NCBI RefSeq assembly: GCF_030144855.1
Contig: NC_082724.1
Coordinates: forward strand, 13,144,001 to 13,208,000
Length of the DNA: 64,000 nucleotides
Source: Hypanus sabinus
Lineage: Eukaryota
Direction: 5' to 3'
Part shown: positions 38,230 through 51,040 of the stretch, piece after piece
Position numbering within the stretch: the stretch's first letter is position 1
Layout of the letters: each line of letters begins with the position of its first letter
Notes under the pieces: generated by a model
The model's database searches: none
What the model was told of the DNA's origin: nothing
Seen by the model: only the letters and a program-made list of their open reading frames with translations
Position numbers and translations under genes: made by a program

Positions 38230-39120
38230 GTTTATATGCCAAATCTGGATTTATGAAAGTTTAATCCAGCTGCAGCACAACTTCCCAACTTTGATACTCA
38301 ATGCCCCAACCAATGAAGGTAAGAAGTGAGCTATGGAACTGTGTCCCAAGATTTCTCTGTATATCAATGTTCTTTGGGTCTTTCTTTTTGTTATATACTT
38401 CCCTCTTGCATTCAACCTCTCAAAATGCATTACCTCACACTTATCTGAACTAAAGTCTACCTGCCACTTCCCAGCCAGATTTTCAAATGATCTACTTTAT
38501 ATTCCACTGTATCCTTTGACAAGCTTACTCCCTTTCCCCAATTCCACATGCCAACTGCAAATTTTACGAATCAGATTACCTACATTTTCATCCAAATCAT
38601 TAACGTATATAACAAGCAATTGGCATCCCAACAATATCATGGAACCATAGAACCATAGCACATTACAGCACAGAGACAGGCCTTTTGGCCCTTCTTGGCT
38701 GTGCTGAACAATTCTTGTACCTAGTCCCACTGACCTGCACCTGGGCCATATCCCTCCAAACCCCTCTCATCCATATACCTGTCCAAGTTTTTCTTAAGTG
38801 TCAAAAGTGAGCCCACATTCACCACTTCATCTGGTAGCTCATTCCACACTCCCACCACTCTCAGCATGAAGAAGCCCCCCCCCCCAATGTTCCATTTAAA
38901 CTTTTCCCCTTTCACCCTTAACCCATAACCTCTTTTTTTTTCTCCCCTAGCCTCAGTGGAAAAAGTCTGCTTGCATTCACTCTATCTATACCCGTAATAA
39001 TTGTATACACCTCTATCAAATCACCCCTCAATCTCCTACACTCCAGGGAATAAAGTCCTAAACTATCCTTGCTTAACACTACTGATCATGGACCTCTGGT
39101 CAAAGAAAGTTTCCTTCCCA
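38230..39120 (-). mobile_element. Old CR1 RT fragment with a younger CR1 3' end (~38640-39065) nested in it
   Basis: IYVNDLDENVGNLIRK remnant; aaccatagaaccatag tail; FFMLRVVGVWNELPDEVV. Confidence 0.78.
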
Positions 39121-39149
39121 CGACTCACTATCATCTATGGCCAACCCGA

Positions 39150-39468
39150 TTTTATTTATTTATTGATTGAATGATTGATTGATTGCTTGATTGAGATGAA
39201 ACACAGAATAGGCCCTTCCGTCCCTTCGAGCCACAGTGCCCAGCAACCCCTGATTTAATCCTTGCCTAATTATGGGACAATTTACAATGACCAGTTATCC
39301 TTCCAACTGGTACGTCTTTTGGACCGTGGGAGGAAACCGGAGAACCCAGAGGAAACCCACACGGTCACGGGCAGAACATATAAACTCCTTACAGGCAGCA
39401 ATGAGAATTGAACCTGGATCACTGGTACTGTAAAGCATTGTGCTAATCGCTACGCTACCACATTGCCA
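39150..39468 (-). mobile_element. V-SINE with microsatellite tail
   Basis: gggaggaaaccggagaacccagaggaaacccacac V domain; (TTTA)/(TTGA)n tail. Confidence 0.82.
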
Positions 39469-39714
39469 TAATTATTGAACCCTGTTACTGGAAAATATGT
39501 GGAGTTCTATATGGAATTGTGTGCTTTCCAAACTGTGCAGTCTACCAAATCAGTGTGGATTGCATGGGTCTTTATCTTCTGTATCAGCGTTGAGAGACCT
39601 TGTTAAATGATTTGCTCAATCTATTTATACATTGCCCTACTTTCATCCATCATCCTAAAAAAACAACCTGATCACCTACCTACAGAAAGGTGTAAATACA
39701 TTTGTAAGAGTTCC

Positions 39715-40180
39715 AATAAAAATTACCAAGATGTTGCACTCTCTAGAGGACCTGAGTTATATGAGAAGATTGAATAAATTAAGATTTTTACCTTGGAAGG
39801 CAGAAGACTGAGAGGAATTTTGATCATTGTATTCAAAATTATGAGGGGTCTGGATATTGTAGATGCAAACAGGTTTCATTGAGGTTGGGTGGTAGTACAG
39901 CCAGAGGTCGTGGGTTGAGAGTGAAAGGTGAAAAGATTAAGGGGAGCGTGATGGGAAACCTTTTCACTCAGATGGTTGTGAGAGTATGGAATGAACTCTC
40001 ATGCAAGCTGAATTTCAATGTTTAAGAGAAGTTTGGGTAGGTACATGGATGGTAGGGGTGTGGAGGGCTATGATCCCAGTGTAGGTCGATGGCAGCAGGT
40101 AGTTTAAATTATTTGGCATTGGCTAAATGGGACAAAACGCTCATTTCTGTGCTGTACTTTTCTGTGACTCTATAACTCTT
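39715..40180 (+). mobile_element. CR1 3' fragment
   Basis: C-terminal remnant and tttctgtgctgtac...tgactctataactct tail. Confidence 0.75.
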
Positions 40181-40911
40181 AGATTTATGAGACAGGATTT
40201 CTTTCATAAATTTTATTTTTGCTTCCTTTAATGAGATTAAGATTTCAGAAATTTCATGATCGAAAATATTGTTTTCGATCCTTTAAGATCAGATTTGAAA
40301 AGGATCATTTTTCAATTGTGATTTGTGAAATGTTTTTATTTGCAGCATTTCTCCATTTTGGAATTCACAAGTAACCACAGAATGAGCCCTTTCGTTCTAC
40401 TTCTCAGAGTGGAACTGAAGCACGTAATAATTCATGACGCATTCAGAAAGCAGGACGCAAAGGGAAACATTTTGGTTTTAACAAAAAAGCAAAATAGTTA
40501 TGACGTCTGAAGTCTTAAAGATAAACAGAAAACCATGGAAGGGTTCAAGACCTTGGGTGTCAGCTTTGGAGAGCATACAACATTCTGATGAAGGATCTTA
40601 GTCCTCAATATTAATTTGACTTCTTTCATGCTATTTCATGAACAATCCAATTTCACCCCACTATAGACCATTGGTTGGATCTTTGGATCCAACTCCTTAA
40701 TGAGGTTCTGAATCCCTGGAAGGAAGTGGATTGGTGCAGGTTAAACAGCGCACCACTGCAGTTTAGGGTGCTCTAGTTTAACTCAAGCAGCTGAGGTGGT
40801 CTGAGATAATCAGCCCTATTCTATGTACCCTGTCTACTACAGGAAAATGCCAGTGCCAATCATTTGCACTAAATTAAATTTATAATTATTCTTATAACCC
40901 CCGTAAGAATT

Positions 40912-41452
40912 TCAAGTTCAAAGTAAATTTTATACTGTACATAACCCTGAGATTAATTTTCCTGTGGGCATACTCTGCAAATCTATAGATAGTAAATATA
41001 ACAGAATCAATTAAATATCAACAAGAGAGCAGAAGACAACAAACTGTGCAATAGGAAATATAAATAAATGGCAATAAGCAATGAGAACATGAGACAATGA
41101 GATAATGAGTCCTTAAAGTGAGATCATTGGTTTTGGGAACATCTCAAAGTATGGGCAAGTGAGTGTAGTTATCCCCTTTGTTCAAGAGCCTGATGGTTGA
41201 GGGGTAGTAACTGCTCCTAAAACTGATGGTGAGAGTACTGAGGTTCTTGTACCTTCTGCCTGATGGCAACAGCAAAAAAAGAGCATGGCCTGGGTGGTAG
41301 GGATCTCTTAATGATGTTGCTTTACTGCAACAGTGTTCCATGTAGATGTGCTCAATGGTTGGAAGGGCTTTACCCATGAGGTACCGGGCCGAATCCATGA
41401 ACTTTTCTGGGATTTTCTGTTCAAAGGCAATGGTGCTTCCATAAAAGGCCAT
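40912..41452 (-). mobile_element. Rex1/Babar-like 3' fragment
   Basis: LRDPYHPGHALFLLLPSGRRYKNL; ttcaagttcaaagtaaatttt tail. Confidence 0.85.
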
Positions 41453-42139
41453 AATGCTCCAGAGTTTAATGGTGAAAGGAAAAGAAATACAAGAAATAAT
41501 TCAGTTCTGTTGTTCATTATTGATTCAAATCCAGAAAAGATTTATTTAACCTCATGTTTTGAATGAGTCCTTCATGAAATGGTGTACAACATTAATTTAA
41601 TCAATTTTGCATGATTGAGAATGTAGATTTCAATCAAAAATCACCCAAAACCTAATTTTCTATTTAGCTCATGGTGATGACTGCAGTGTATGTTTCTAAA
41701 GCCCTTCATTTTAAAGAAGCTGCCTAAACATCTTTTTTAAATGTCCTACAAAATGAGCTGCTCTGCTATCGTGTGTCTGCTGTATGTGCTCTGTGTGACT
41801 AATATAGAACTAACTGTCCTTAATGATTGGAAGGCTTCCTTAATTGCTTTCATGTATCTTGGAAGCTTTGTAAGCTTTGCAGTGATCAAGATATTTGCCT
41901 GCACCCCCTGTGGTTTAGAGCCAAGCAATATATATCACATGACATTACCCATTTGTAATTATAAATTCTGTTCTAGCTGCCAAATGTTTTTTTTTAGGGT
42001 ACTGAAAAAGGTCAGTTGTTAAACCACATTTTATCTTTGCATATCAATAAGTGACATATGTTTATTATTAGTTTCATGAAAATTGGTTATCTGGATGAAA
42101 AATACCCACTTTACTCACTTTCCAAGCATAATTTGCACT

Positions 42140-42348
42140 TGTTGGTGCTGTTCCTTTCCGTGCCTTGTGGTGCATCAGACAGCAGCCTTGCTGATTCTTT
42201 AGCATTTCTCTGTTTTTTTATGAGGCCGAGTTGCTAGTTCGACACTCAACCCAGCACAGATGGAAGGCATACAAGGAGGCAGCTGGATTCAAACCCAGCA
42301 CCACATGCCTCAAAGTCCAGTACAGATGCCACAACACCACCAGCCAGT
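42140..42348 (-). mobile_element. tRNA-derived SINE
   Basis: Minus strand ggctggtggtgttgtgg (A-box-like) ... gggtttgaatcc (B-box-like). Confidence 0.65.
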
Positions 42349-42679
42349 GATGTATAATTTCCACTGGGCTTCAGAAAACATGATTAATAAGTGATTGCAT
42401 CTATTTAAGCGGTAGTTGAATTGTTTGCATGAAGGAAAAGAATTTTGTCATTTAGTTTCATGTTGCCCCTGTAGAGATCTGCGCAGAGAAGATCAAACCT
42501 CCTATTTGTCAGAACCTTCTGGAGCATTCCAGAATGACTAAATGCCAGACCTGGATAGTGATGAATGACAAAATCCATTCTGAATGTGTCATACATGAAA
42601 GGACACACTGACTTCACCAGAGCAACAAAAGTACTTTTCCTACCTTTCATACACAGAGATAGGCATCACATTGGCCATC

Positions 42680-43003
42680 GTAAATTAAGGTACTGAGTAC
42701 AGGAGTAGGGTAGTTGAAGATGTAAAAGATATGTGCGGTCTTGATCACATATCTTCAGGAAAGATAACCAAAGATTGAAAGTGTACAGAGAAAATTTGCA
42801 AGCATGGTGCCAGGACTTGAGTTACAGGGAAAAGTTGAATAGGTTAGGATTTTTATTTTTTATGCGACCCACTGACCATTATTGCTTCCGGTTCGACGAA
42901 TCGCCCATATTGCTCACTCGGGACTAAAGTTCGTTAATCATTCACACATATGACACATGAAGGACCTGTTTCTGTGCTGTAGTATTTGATGAGTCTATGA
43001 CTC
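42680..43003 (+). mobile_element. CR1 fragment with a non-CR1 internal segment
   Basis: IESVQRKFASMVPGL...RLG remnant, ~95 nt of unrelated sequence, then the CR1 tail gaaggacctgtttctgtgctgtag...tctatgactc. Confidence 0.65.
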
Positions 43004-44179
43004 TTGCTCAACAGTACAACTTCAGTCAATTTGTGCTGACTGGGATATGCATAACATACTCAGCACTCACTTCCTCTTCTCTCATCAATGCAAACAAACA
43101 GTGTTGGTGTCATGCAGTGCAGCTTACCACCTAGTGAGTCACTGGAGCCTCCTGGTGCTACTCTCTCACAACATGTCCCACACAATTTTTTTTTGTACAC
43201 TTATTCATTGCAGCCATGATTCTGAGCTCTTTTATTTCCCTGCTTCTCCCGCACATGCAGCATATGGACGAAGCCCTTACGACTCGTGCGGTGCTTCATT
43301 TACACATTCGCATATTCAATTTGCTTCACACCCGGAACTGGCTTCCAGAAGACTCTCATGAGCTCATCTCTTTCCCCAGAATCGATATCAGCTACTGGAA
43401 CCTGGAGTGAAACAATCTTCGGAAAGATGCACGACTGTGCTTTCCATCGTTCCCAAGCGCTAACTCAGGCAACAGTACTCAGCATGGGGTTCCCAATCTG
43501 TCCATGGACCCCTTGGTACATGTAAAAAAAAAGGCTAGATAATGACCCGGTGGTGATGTGCGTGTCTGACCAAGCAACTTCTCCTTCCAGCTTTATTAAG
43601 AAAATTGCACAGCTTATTCAGTCAGCTTTGTGAGGCGTCAAAAGCCTTGCCTTAGCACATGGCTTAAAGCAAGAAGCAGTCTGCTTCAAGCCTGAGGTCC
43701 CATGACATCAGGGTTCTGCATTCTGTCTTAGAGAAGATAACGATGTTCCGAGATAATGTAGGCGCCCCATCAAAAGTTGATAGTATCATCAGTCGTAGCA
43801 GCTTTGCTACAAGGTTAATCAAGTGCCTGCTTCCCTGTAGATCAGTGCTTGGAATGAGCTTCAGTCCATGGGAAATGGGAGTAGAACGGATACCTATAAG
43901 GATGATGTGGTTCCTTCTCCAGCTCCTCAGCTCAAGTCAGCTGAAAAACAAAGGATGCTGGAAACACCTCACAGGCCAAGGAACATCCATGGAAACAGAA
44001 TCACAGTTAACTTTCCAGGCCAAGGATGCACTGAATTGCAAAATAATAGGTTTTATGATCAATGTTTGCTATTTAACTGCAAGAATTGTATGAATACAGT
44101 GTGTAGCTATTTAAAGTGTTAACTAGATTATGGCTGAAAGCTTGGGTTCAGTCTGTTGTCTAAGCATATTTCACCTTAG

Positions 44180-44318
44180 CAACACACACCAAATGCTAGA
44201 GGAACTCAAGCAGCATCTATGGAAATGAATAAGCAGTTGACATTTCAGGCTGAGATCCTTCTTCAGGACTGAAAAGGAAGGGGGAAGATGCCAGAATAAA
44301 AAGGTGGGGGGAGGGAAA
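44180..44318 (-). mobile_element. Penelope-like terminus with hammerhead-like motif
   Basis: Minus strand cagtc CTGAAGA aggatctcagcct GAAA t GTC aactg. Confidence 0.75.
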
Positions 44319-44854
44319 GTTGGTCTTTGTTTGACTATCGTTTCTTCTTCAAACCCATCTAGTCGCAAGGATGTTTCTTTAGCTATGTGTAAGAAAGACA
44401 AAAATTCAATTTTTGTCACATTCCTTTGCTTCCTATGTCATTCTTCCTCCTTGACCCTTTCAGGAACATAAATATATTTTGGTGTCATCTAATCTCTACT
44501 GGGTAATTTATTCTGCTACTGTTTTAAACCCTTTTGCTTTCAGTCTTTCTTCTTCAGTTCTCCTGTCTGTGCCTTGGTTTTTGAATAAAAGGAAGCTGCA
44601 TTGAAATTAGTTGTAATGATCTCACAGTATTACTATCATAAAGATCATATAAATGCAAATAGTTTTTATCGGTATAGAAATCTCTGAATAAGGATACTTG
44701 CACTTTAACAAACAATAGAAACTGTGGTTCTTAATAATCAGAGATGATGACTTGCTTCCACTCTGATTTTTTGGTGACATTTGATTCCAAAGTGCTTGGC
44801 TGGGCTGGTAGCTGGTTAGTTTGTGAGGTGATACATCCCTTCCTCAGTTTATAA

Positions 44855-45370
44855 AATTCAAAGTACATTTATTACCAAAGTATGTATGCAATATACAACC
44901 CTAAGATTTGTCTTCCCACAGACAGACACGAAAACAAAGAAACACCATGGAACCTGTTCAAAGAAAACATCAAACACCCACTTGCAAAAAAAAATAACAA
45001 ATCGCACAGATGGCAAAAAACGTGTGAGAAACAGAATATAAATATTAAACCACTGAGTCCTTGAAGTGGTCTGGGAATGCTCAGTTTAGGTCAGCTCAGT
45101 TCAGTTTAGCATTTTGTCTTTCGATGATTGCAACCCACAGAGCCAGAAAGCAGAAACACATCATAACATGAAATTCAGAGTCCAATCCACAAACCATGTT
45201 GATTAAAACTTGCACAAGACCTAAGACTCTGGCACCTTCCTCCAGCAGCAGCAAGTAGGAGGGGGAGAGAAAGACCAGTCAGACGACACTGAACATCTGC
45301 TTATCTTCTACTATCATCTTTGTTGATTTCAGTATTGCTTGATGCTTTAATTGGTGGGTAACGGAGTCAA
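44855..45370 (-). mobile_element. Non-autonomous element with Rex1/Babar-type 3' tail
   Basis: ttcaaagtacatttattaccaaag...atatacaaccctaagatttg tail; a similar tail occurs at ~49895-50160. Confidence 0.55.
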
Positions 45371-45457
45371 TACTGTGCTTCTGATGCATGAAATTCTCAG
45401 CTTTATTCTAAGAGCTCCTTCTCCACTTTGAGCAAGAGAATCCCATCTGTTGGTGGG

Positions 45458-46722
45458 AATAGACAATAGACAATAGGTGCAGAAGTAGACCATTCGGCCC
45501 CTCGAGTCTGCACCGCCATTCTGAGATCATGGCTGATCATTCACTATCAATACCCAGTCCCTGCCTTGTCCCCATATCCCTTGATTCCCCTATCCATCAG
45601 ATATCTATCCAGCTCCTTCTTGAAAGCATCCAGAGAATTGGCCTCCACCGTCTTCTGAGGCAGCGCATTCCACACCTCCACAACTCTCTGGGAGAAGAAG
45701 CTTCCTCAACTCTGTTTGAAATAACTGACCTCTTATTCTCAATCCATGCCCTCTGGTACTGGACTCTCCCAACATCTGGAACATATTTCCTGCCTCAATC
45801 CTATCAAATCCTTTAATTATCTTAAACGTTTCAATCAGATCCCCTCTCAATCTCCTCAATTGCAGCGTGTACAAGCCCAATCTCTCCAATCTCTCTGCGT
45901 AAGACAGCCCTGCCATCCCAGGAATCAACCTAGTGAATCTACGCTGCACTTCCTCAATTGTCAGAATGTCCTTCCTTAAACCTGGAGACCAAAACTGTAC
46001 ACAATATTCCAGGTGTGGTCTCACCAGGGCCCTGTACAAATGCAAAAGAACATCCTTGCTCTTGTATTCAATTCCCCTTGTAACAAAGGCCAACATTCCA
46101 TTTGCCCTCTTCACTGCCTGTTGCACTTGCTCATTCACCTTCATTGACTGGTGAACTAGGACTCCTAAGTCTCTTTGCATTTCTCCCTTACCTAACTCGA
46201 CACCGTTCAGACAATACTCTGCCCTCTTGTTCCTGCTTCCAAAGTGGATAACTTCACATTTATTCACATTGAATGACATCTGCCAGGTATCTGCCCACTC
46301 ACTCAGCCTATCCAAGTCTCCCTGTATTCTCCTAACATCCTCTTCGCATGTCACACCGCCACCCAGTTTAGTATCGTCAGCAAACTTGCTGATATAGTTT
46401 TCAATGCCCTCATCTAAATCATTGACATAAATCGTAAAGAGCTGTGGTCCCAATACAGAGCCCTGTGGTACCCCACTAGTCACCTCCAGCCAGTCTGAGA
46501 AACACCCATTCACTGCTACCCTTTGCTTTCTATCTGCCAACCAGTTTTCTATCCATGTTGAAACCCTGCCCCCAATTCCATGAGCTCTGATTTTACTCAC
46601 CAATCTCCTATGTGGCACCTTATCGAATGCCTTCTGAAAATCTAGGTACACAACATCTACAGGCTTACCCTCGTCTAACATCCTTGTTACACCCTCAAAA
46701 AACTCCAACAGATTAGTCAAGC
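45458..46722 (-). mobile_element. Young 5'-truncated CR1 LINE with an uninterrupted RT segment
   Basis: ORF 45605-46804: CLTNLLEFFE, VYLDFQKAFDKVPH, SGVPQGSVLGP, KFADDTKL, LVRPHLEYCVQFW; (CTATTGT)n tail. Confidence 0.95.
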
Positions 46723-46844
46723 AATGTTGTACTTTTTCAAAGAGACTTTGAACCCTGTTCACTTGGTAATCTCTACACATTAACAAAAATTCCGAATAGA
46801 ACATTGGTTACAGAAGTCTAGGATCTGGCGTGTAAAAGACATGG

Positions 46845-47770
46845 AACACAAACAAAATGCTGGAGGAACTCAGCAGGTTTGACATCATCCAGGGAAATGA
46901 ACAAACAGTCGATGTTTTGGGCCAAGACCCTTCTTCAGGACTGGAAAGGAAGTGGGAAGACACAAGAATACAAAGAGGGAGGGGAAAAAGGATAGCTAGA
47001 AGATGATAGGTGAAGCCAGGTGGGGTAGAAGAGGCAAGGGGCTGGAGCTCATTGAACCTGATAAGAGAGGAGAGTGGACCAAAGGAGAAAAGAAAGGTGG
47101 GGGGCACCAGGAGGAGTTGATAGGCAGGTAAGAGGAGCTAAGAGGCCAGAGTAGGGAATAGAAGACAGACAGACAGACATACTTTACTGATCCCAAGGGA
47201 GATTGGGTTTCGTTACAGTCGCACCAACCAAGAATAGTGTAGAAATATCGCAATATAAAACCATTAATAATTAAATAATAATAAGTTAATTATGCCAAGT
47301 GGAAAAAAGTCCAGGACCAGCCTATTGGCTCAGGGTGGCTGACACTCTGAGGGAGGAGTTGTAAAGTTTGATGGCCACAGGCAGGAATGACTTCTTATGA
47401 CACTCAGTGTTGCATCTCGGTAGATTGAATCTCTGGCTGAATGTACTCCTGTGCCTAACCAGTACACTATGGAATGGATGGGAGGCGTTGTCCAAGATGG
47501 CATGCAACTTGGACAGCATCCTCTTTTCAGACACCACCGTCAGAGAGTCCAGTTCCATCCCCACAACATCTCTGAACATCACATCACAGAAGAGGGGAGA
47601 GGGAAGGAACTACTGTACTAGAAGGAGAAATTGGTTAGGTTGGAGGGTAACCAGAATATAAGGTGATGCTCCTCCAACCTGAGGATGACCTCGTCTTGGC
47701 ATAAGGGGAGGCCATGGGCTGACATGTCGGAACGGGAACAAGAATTGGGAAGTTGCACTCATGGCAGATG
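46845..47770 (-). mobile_element. Penelope-like 3' portion interrupted by a LINE fragment
   Basis: Terminus and hammerhead-like motif at ~46905-46943; GIY-YIG C-terminal remnant at ~47585-47770. Confidence 0.78.
47163..47572 (-). mobile_element. LINE 3' fragment (Rex1/Babar-like) with (TCTG)n tail
   Basis: RMLSKLHAILDNASHPFH...LPRCNTECHKKSFLPVAIKLYN. Confidence 0.82.
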
Positions 47771-48542
47771 TGAACTGTCTAATGGAACTGCTGGAGTGTG
47801 GTCAAGGCCTCAATAACACTGCTTCACTTATTCTTTGTGAAGATGGAGGATTTTGTGAGGATGGTTTTAGTGGCATCTCTCCATTGCTTTGAATTGTCTG
47901 CTTTAAGTAGTGCAGATCTCTGAAACATGCACTATATGAGGGCAAGAATCACAGTGACACCTTGGGAAACTCAGAACAATTCTCATATGTTTGGAACCAC
48001 CTGTTAAGGAGGAAGCTATTGATGAAGGAATTCATCATGGCCTTCAATATGTCAAAATAGCATTAATCAATTGCAAAAAAGTGTATTTTTAGATTAAATA
48101 GTTACAAAGAACATTAGGACATAGTCAGAACAATCACTTCACTTGTCAGAATGAATCCCTATAATGTTTTTTTTCTATTTAGTGCTAAACAAATAATTGG
48201 CAGTGGTAGAAATCAGTAATAATTGTATTCTCTTTTGGAAATTCAAAGACAAGGTCAATTGATTACATAGTGATATTGTTACTCATAGATGCAGCAGAGA
48301 TAATTGGATAGATTTCCCCATCAATCATAGTTTGAATCTTCCCAGCTTCAAGTAATTGGGATTGATTTTATGCACGTATTTCACAAGACGGTCATTTGTT
48401 TGTTTGAGCAGCTGTAGTTTTGGTTCAAGGGCTCTGTTCTGCTATTTGCCCCAAAATATATTTATTTGTTGTAAATCGGGCCATATCTCCTACCGGCCTT
48501 CAACTTGCAGATTGACACAATAGCATCAATACATGTAGAACT

Positions 48543-48720
48543 AGTTCGAAGTAGATTTATTATCTTAGTACATATATGTCACCACACAAAACCCTGAGAT
48601 CCATTTTCTTGTGGGCATACTCAATAAATCCATCATCAAATAATAGCCATAATAGAATCAATGAAAGACCACACTAACTTGGGCGTTCAACCAGTGTGCA
48701 AATACAAAAAGAAAGAAGAA
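48543..48720 (-). mobile_element. Rex1/Babar-like 3' tail
   Basis: gttcgaagtagatttattatc...ccctgagatccattttcttgtgggcatactc. Confidence 0.7.
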
Positions 48721-50574
48721 CTCCACCTGTGAGTGGTAACAAAAGTTGATGCGAAAATCAAGAATGGAAGGAATCTTACTGTCGTCCATAAACCAATATT
48801 TAATTTTCAGGTAAATTTCATCTCAAGCTGTTGTTTTAGCAATTTCAAGTCGCATATATAAAGTAACCGAAACATTTAACTTATGCTGAGAAGGAGAAAG
48901 TATTTCATTACTTTTCATTCTTTCTTTCTGTTGGGAGAATATTTTAAAATGCTTGCTCAAACAAAATGACTAGACTTTATTAAGACGCTACAGTGCTGTC
49001 TCGTGGGCTACCAGCAGCGAGTGTACAACTAATGCCCTGCCTCCAGCTTTCAGGCTGTTCAGGAAAGTCAGCAATAGAAAGAAAACAGTATTCTTAATAT
49101 TGCAAGCTAATGGATGAGATGCTAGAATTAGAATTCACCCAAACCTAAGGCAGAAACTGGGATGAAATCTTTAAAAATTTTTAAGGATGTTACTGTAGCA
49201 CTCCTCCTCTTGCCCTGGTTTAAAATGGACTTGAAGGACCAGGAGAGAAATAGATAAAACAATGAAAGTAACCTTCAGGTTATTGTTGGTTTCCACCAAT
49301 ATTGTTGATTATTTTTTCACTCCCAACCAGTTAGCTTTCTGTTTGCTACAGTATATCTGCAGAGGCCAAGTAAGAATGTAAAGGCAGCAAAAAACAATAT
49401 CCATCTAGGCACGTTGTAGCTTTCCAGATTCAGAGTTGCATTTTCCTGCTTTGGATATCTTGCTTCTTTCTCTACCCATATTAAAAATGATCATTACTCA
49501 CAGTCTATAAATTTTCTCTCCATGGTATAGTGTGAAGGAAGGAAGGACCAACAGCCCTGCTGTTAGCAACACACAATCTGGCCTCAGCCAAACACAAGAA
49601 TGGTGGAGAGTAGGCTACCTGTCCCCTCGTGCCTACACTGCTTTTCAATATGATCCTGGCTGATCTTCGACAAGCCTCACAACTCCTCTGTGCCAGATCT
49701 CCATACTCCTTCAATCATTCCTTCATTCTACAGATCTTACTTAAATTAATGTTGCTTTGTTTGAAATTATCCCGTTGGTGAAAACATCTCTGCATCTACT
49801 CTACTTTTTTTGCCCCTTGAAAATCTTATTTGTTCTACCCATCACTGTCTTGTTGGCTTTGCGACTGAAATCTCGCTATTTTCTCCCAAGTTTCAATCTT
49901 CAAAGGACATTTAATATCAGAGTTTCTATAGTATACAACCTGAAATTCCTCCTCATCACAGACAGCCACAACAGAAACCCCACTGAGTGATAGAAACATC
50001 GAAGCCCTAAGTTTCCCATCCCCCTCCGTTTGCACAAGCAACAATGAAAGCGTCGACCTCCCCCATCCCAACCCACGCCTGCAGAAGCACTAAACCCTTT
50101 CCCACCACCACCATGCAAACAGTAGCGAAAGCACCAAAGAGCCCATTGATCCAGAGTTTATTTCTCTCTATTTACAGTTCTGATGAAGGGTGATTGACCA
50201 GAAATGTTATTTCTGTTCCTCTTCATATAGATACTGCCTTACCTGCTGAGTGTTCCCAGCATTTTCTCTGGTTTCATTTGAGTTGCAACATCTGCATCTT
50301 ATCGATTTTCAAACTATCTTACAGTATGTTGGCTCCTAGATTTCTCACAGTGGTGTGGTGTCTAGAGATGAGCCTTCATTTCCTGGAGACCCTGGGAAAG
50401 TTGTCAACACAGTGAATGAAACCAATAGCCCAACACAACGGAGGTTTATGGGATTGTCACATTAGGTGCTCACCTTAATTTGGAAACAGCCTTATTCAGG
50501 GAGCATATTAACTGAAGCAAGTGTGACTATTACTAATCAGTTACACTTGCTATTTGATTGGTGCTTCTATTCAT

Positions 50575-51040
50575 CAAGTCATAGATCGATACAGAACAGC
50601 AACAAGCCCCTTAGCCCATGTAGTTTGTGCCGAACCACAAATCTGCCTTGTCCCATTGGCCTCCACCCAGACCATTGCCCTCAATACTCCTTTCAATTAT
50701 GCCTATCCAAATTTCTCTTAAATGTCAAAATCCACCCCACATCCACCACTTTCACTGGCAGCTTGTTCCACACCCTCACCACCCTCTGGGTGAAGAAGTT
50801 CTCCCTCATGTTTCCTTTTAAATATTTCACCTTTCATCCTTAACCCATGGCCTCTAGCTGTAGTCTCACAGAACCTCAGTGGAAAAAACCTTCTTGCATT
50901 TACATTATCTATACCCCTCATAATTTTGTATACCTCCACAAAATCTCCCCTCATTCTTCTATGTTCTAGGGAATAAAGTCCTAACCTATTCAATCTTCCT
51001 CTGTAGCTCTGGCTCACAAGTCCCAACAACATCCTTCTAA
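50575..51040 (-). mobile_element. CR1 3' portion
   Basis: SYRGRLNRLGLYSLEHRRMRGDFVEVYKIMRG. Confidence 0.85.

Noticed and set aside
43480-43540. hAT MITE related to 4608-4687
   Set aside because: Only one terminus (ggggttcccaa) is recognisable and there is no TSD, so it is not listed as a feature.
45605-46804. Longest ORF (399 aa) as a host gene
   Set aside because: It is a 5'-truncated CR1 reverse transcriptase. The first ~27 residues come from flanking DNA and the C-terminus is frameshifted.
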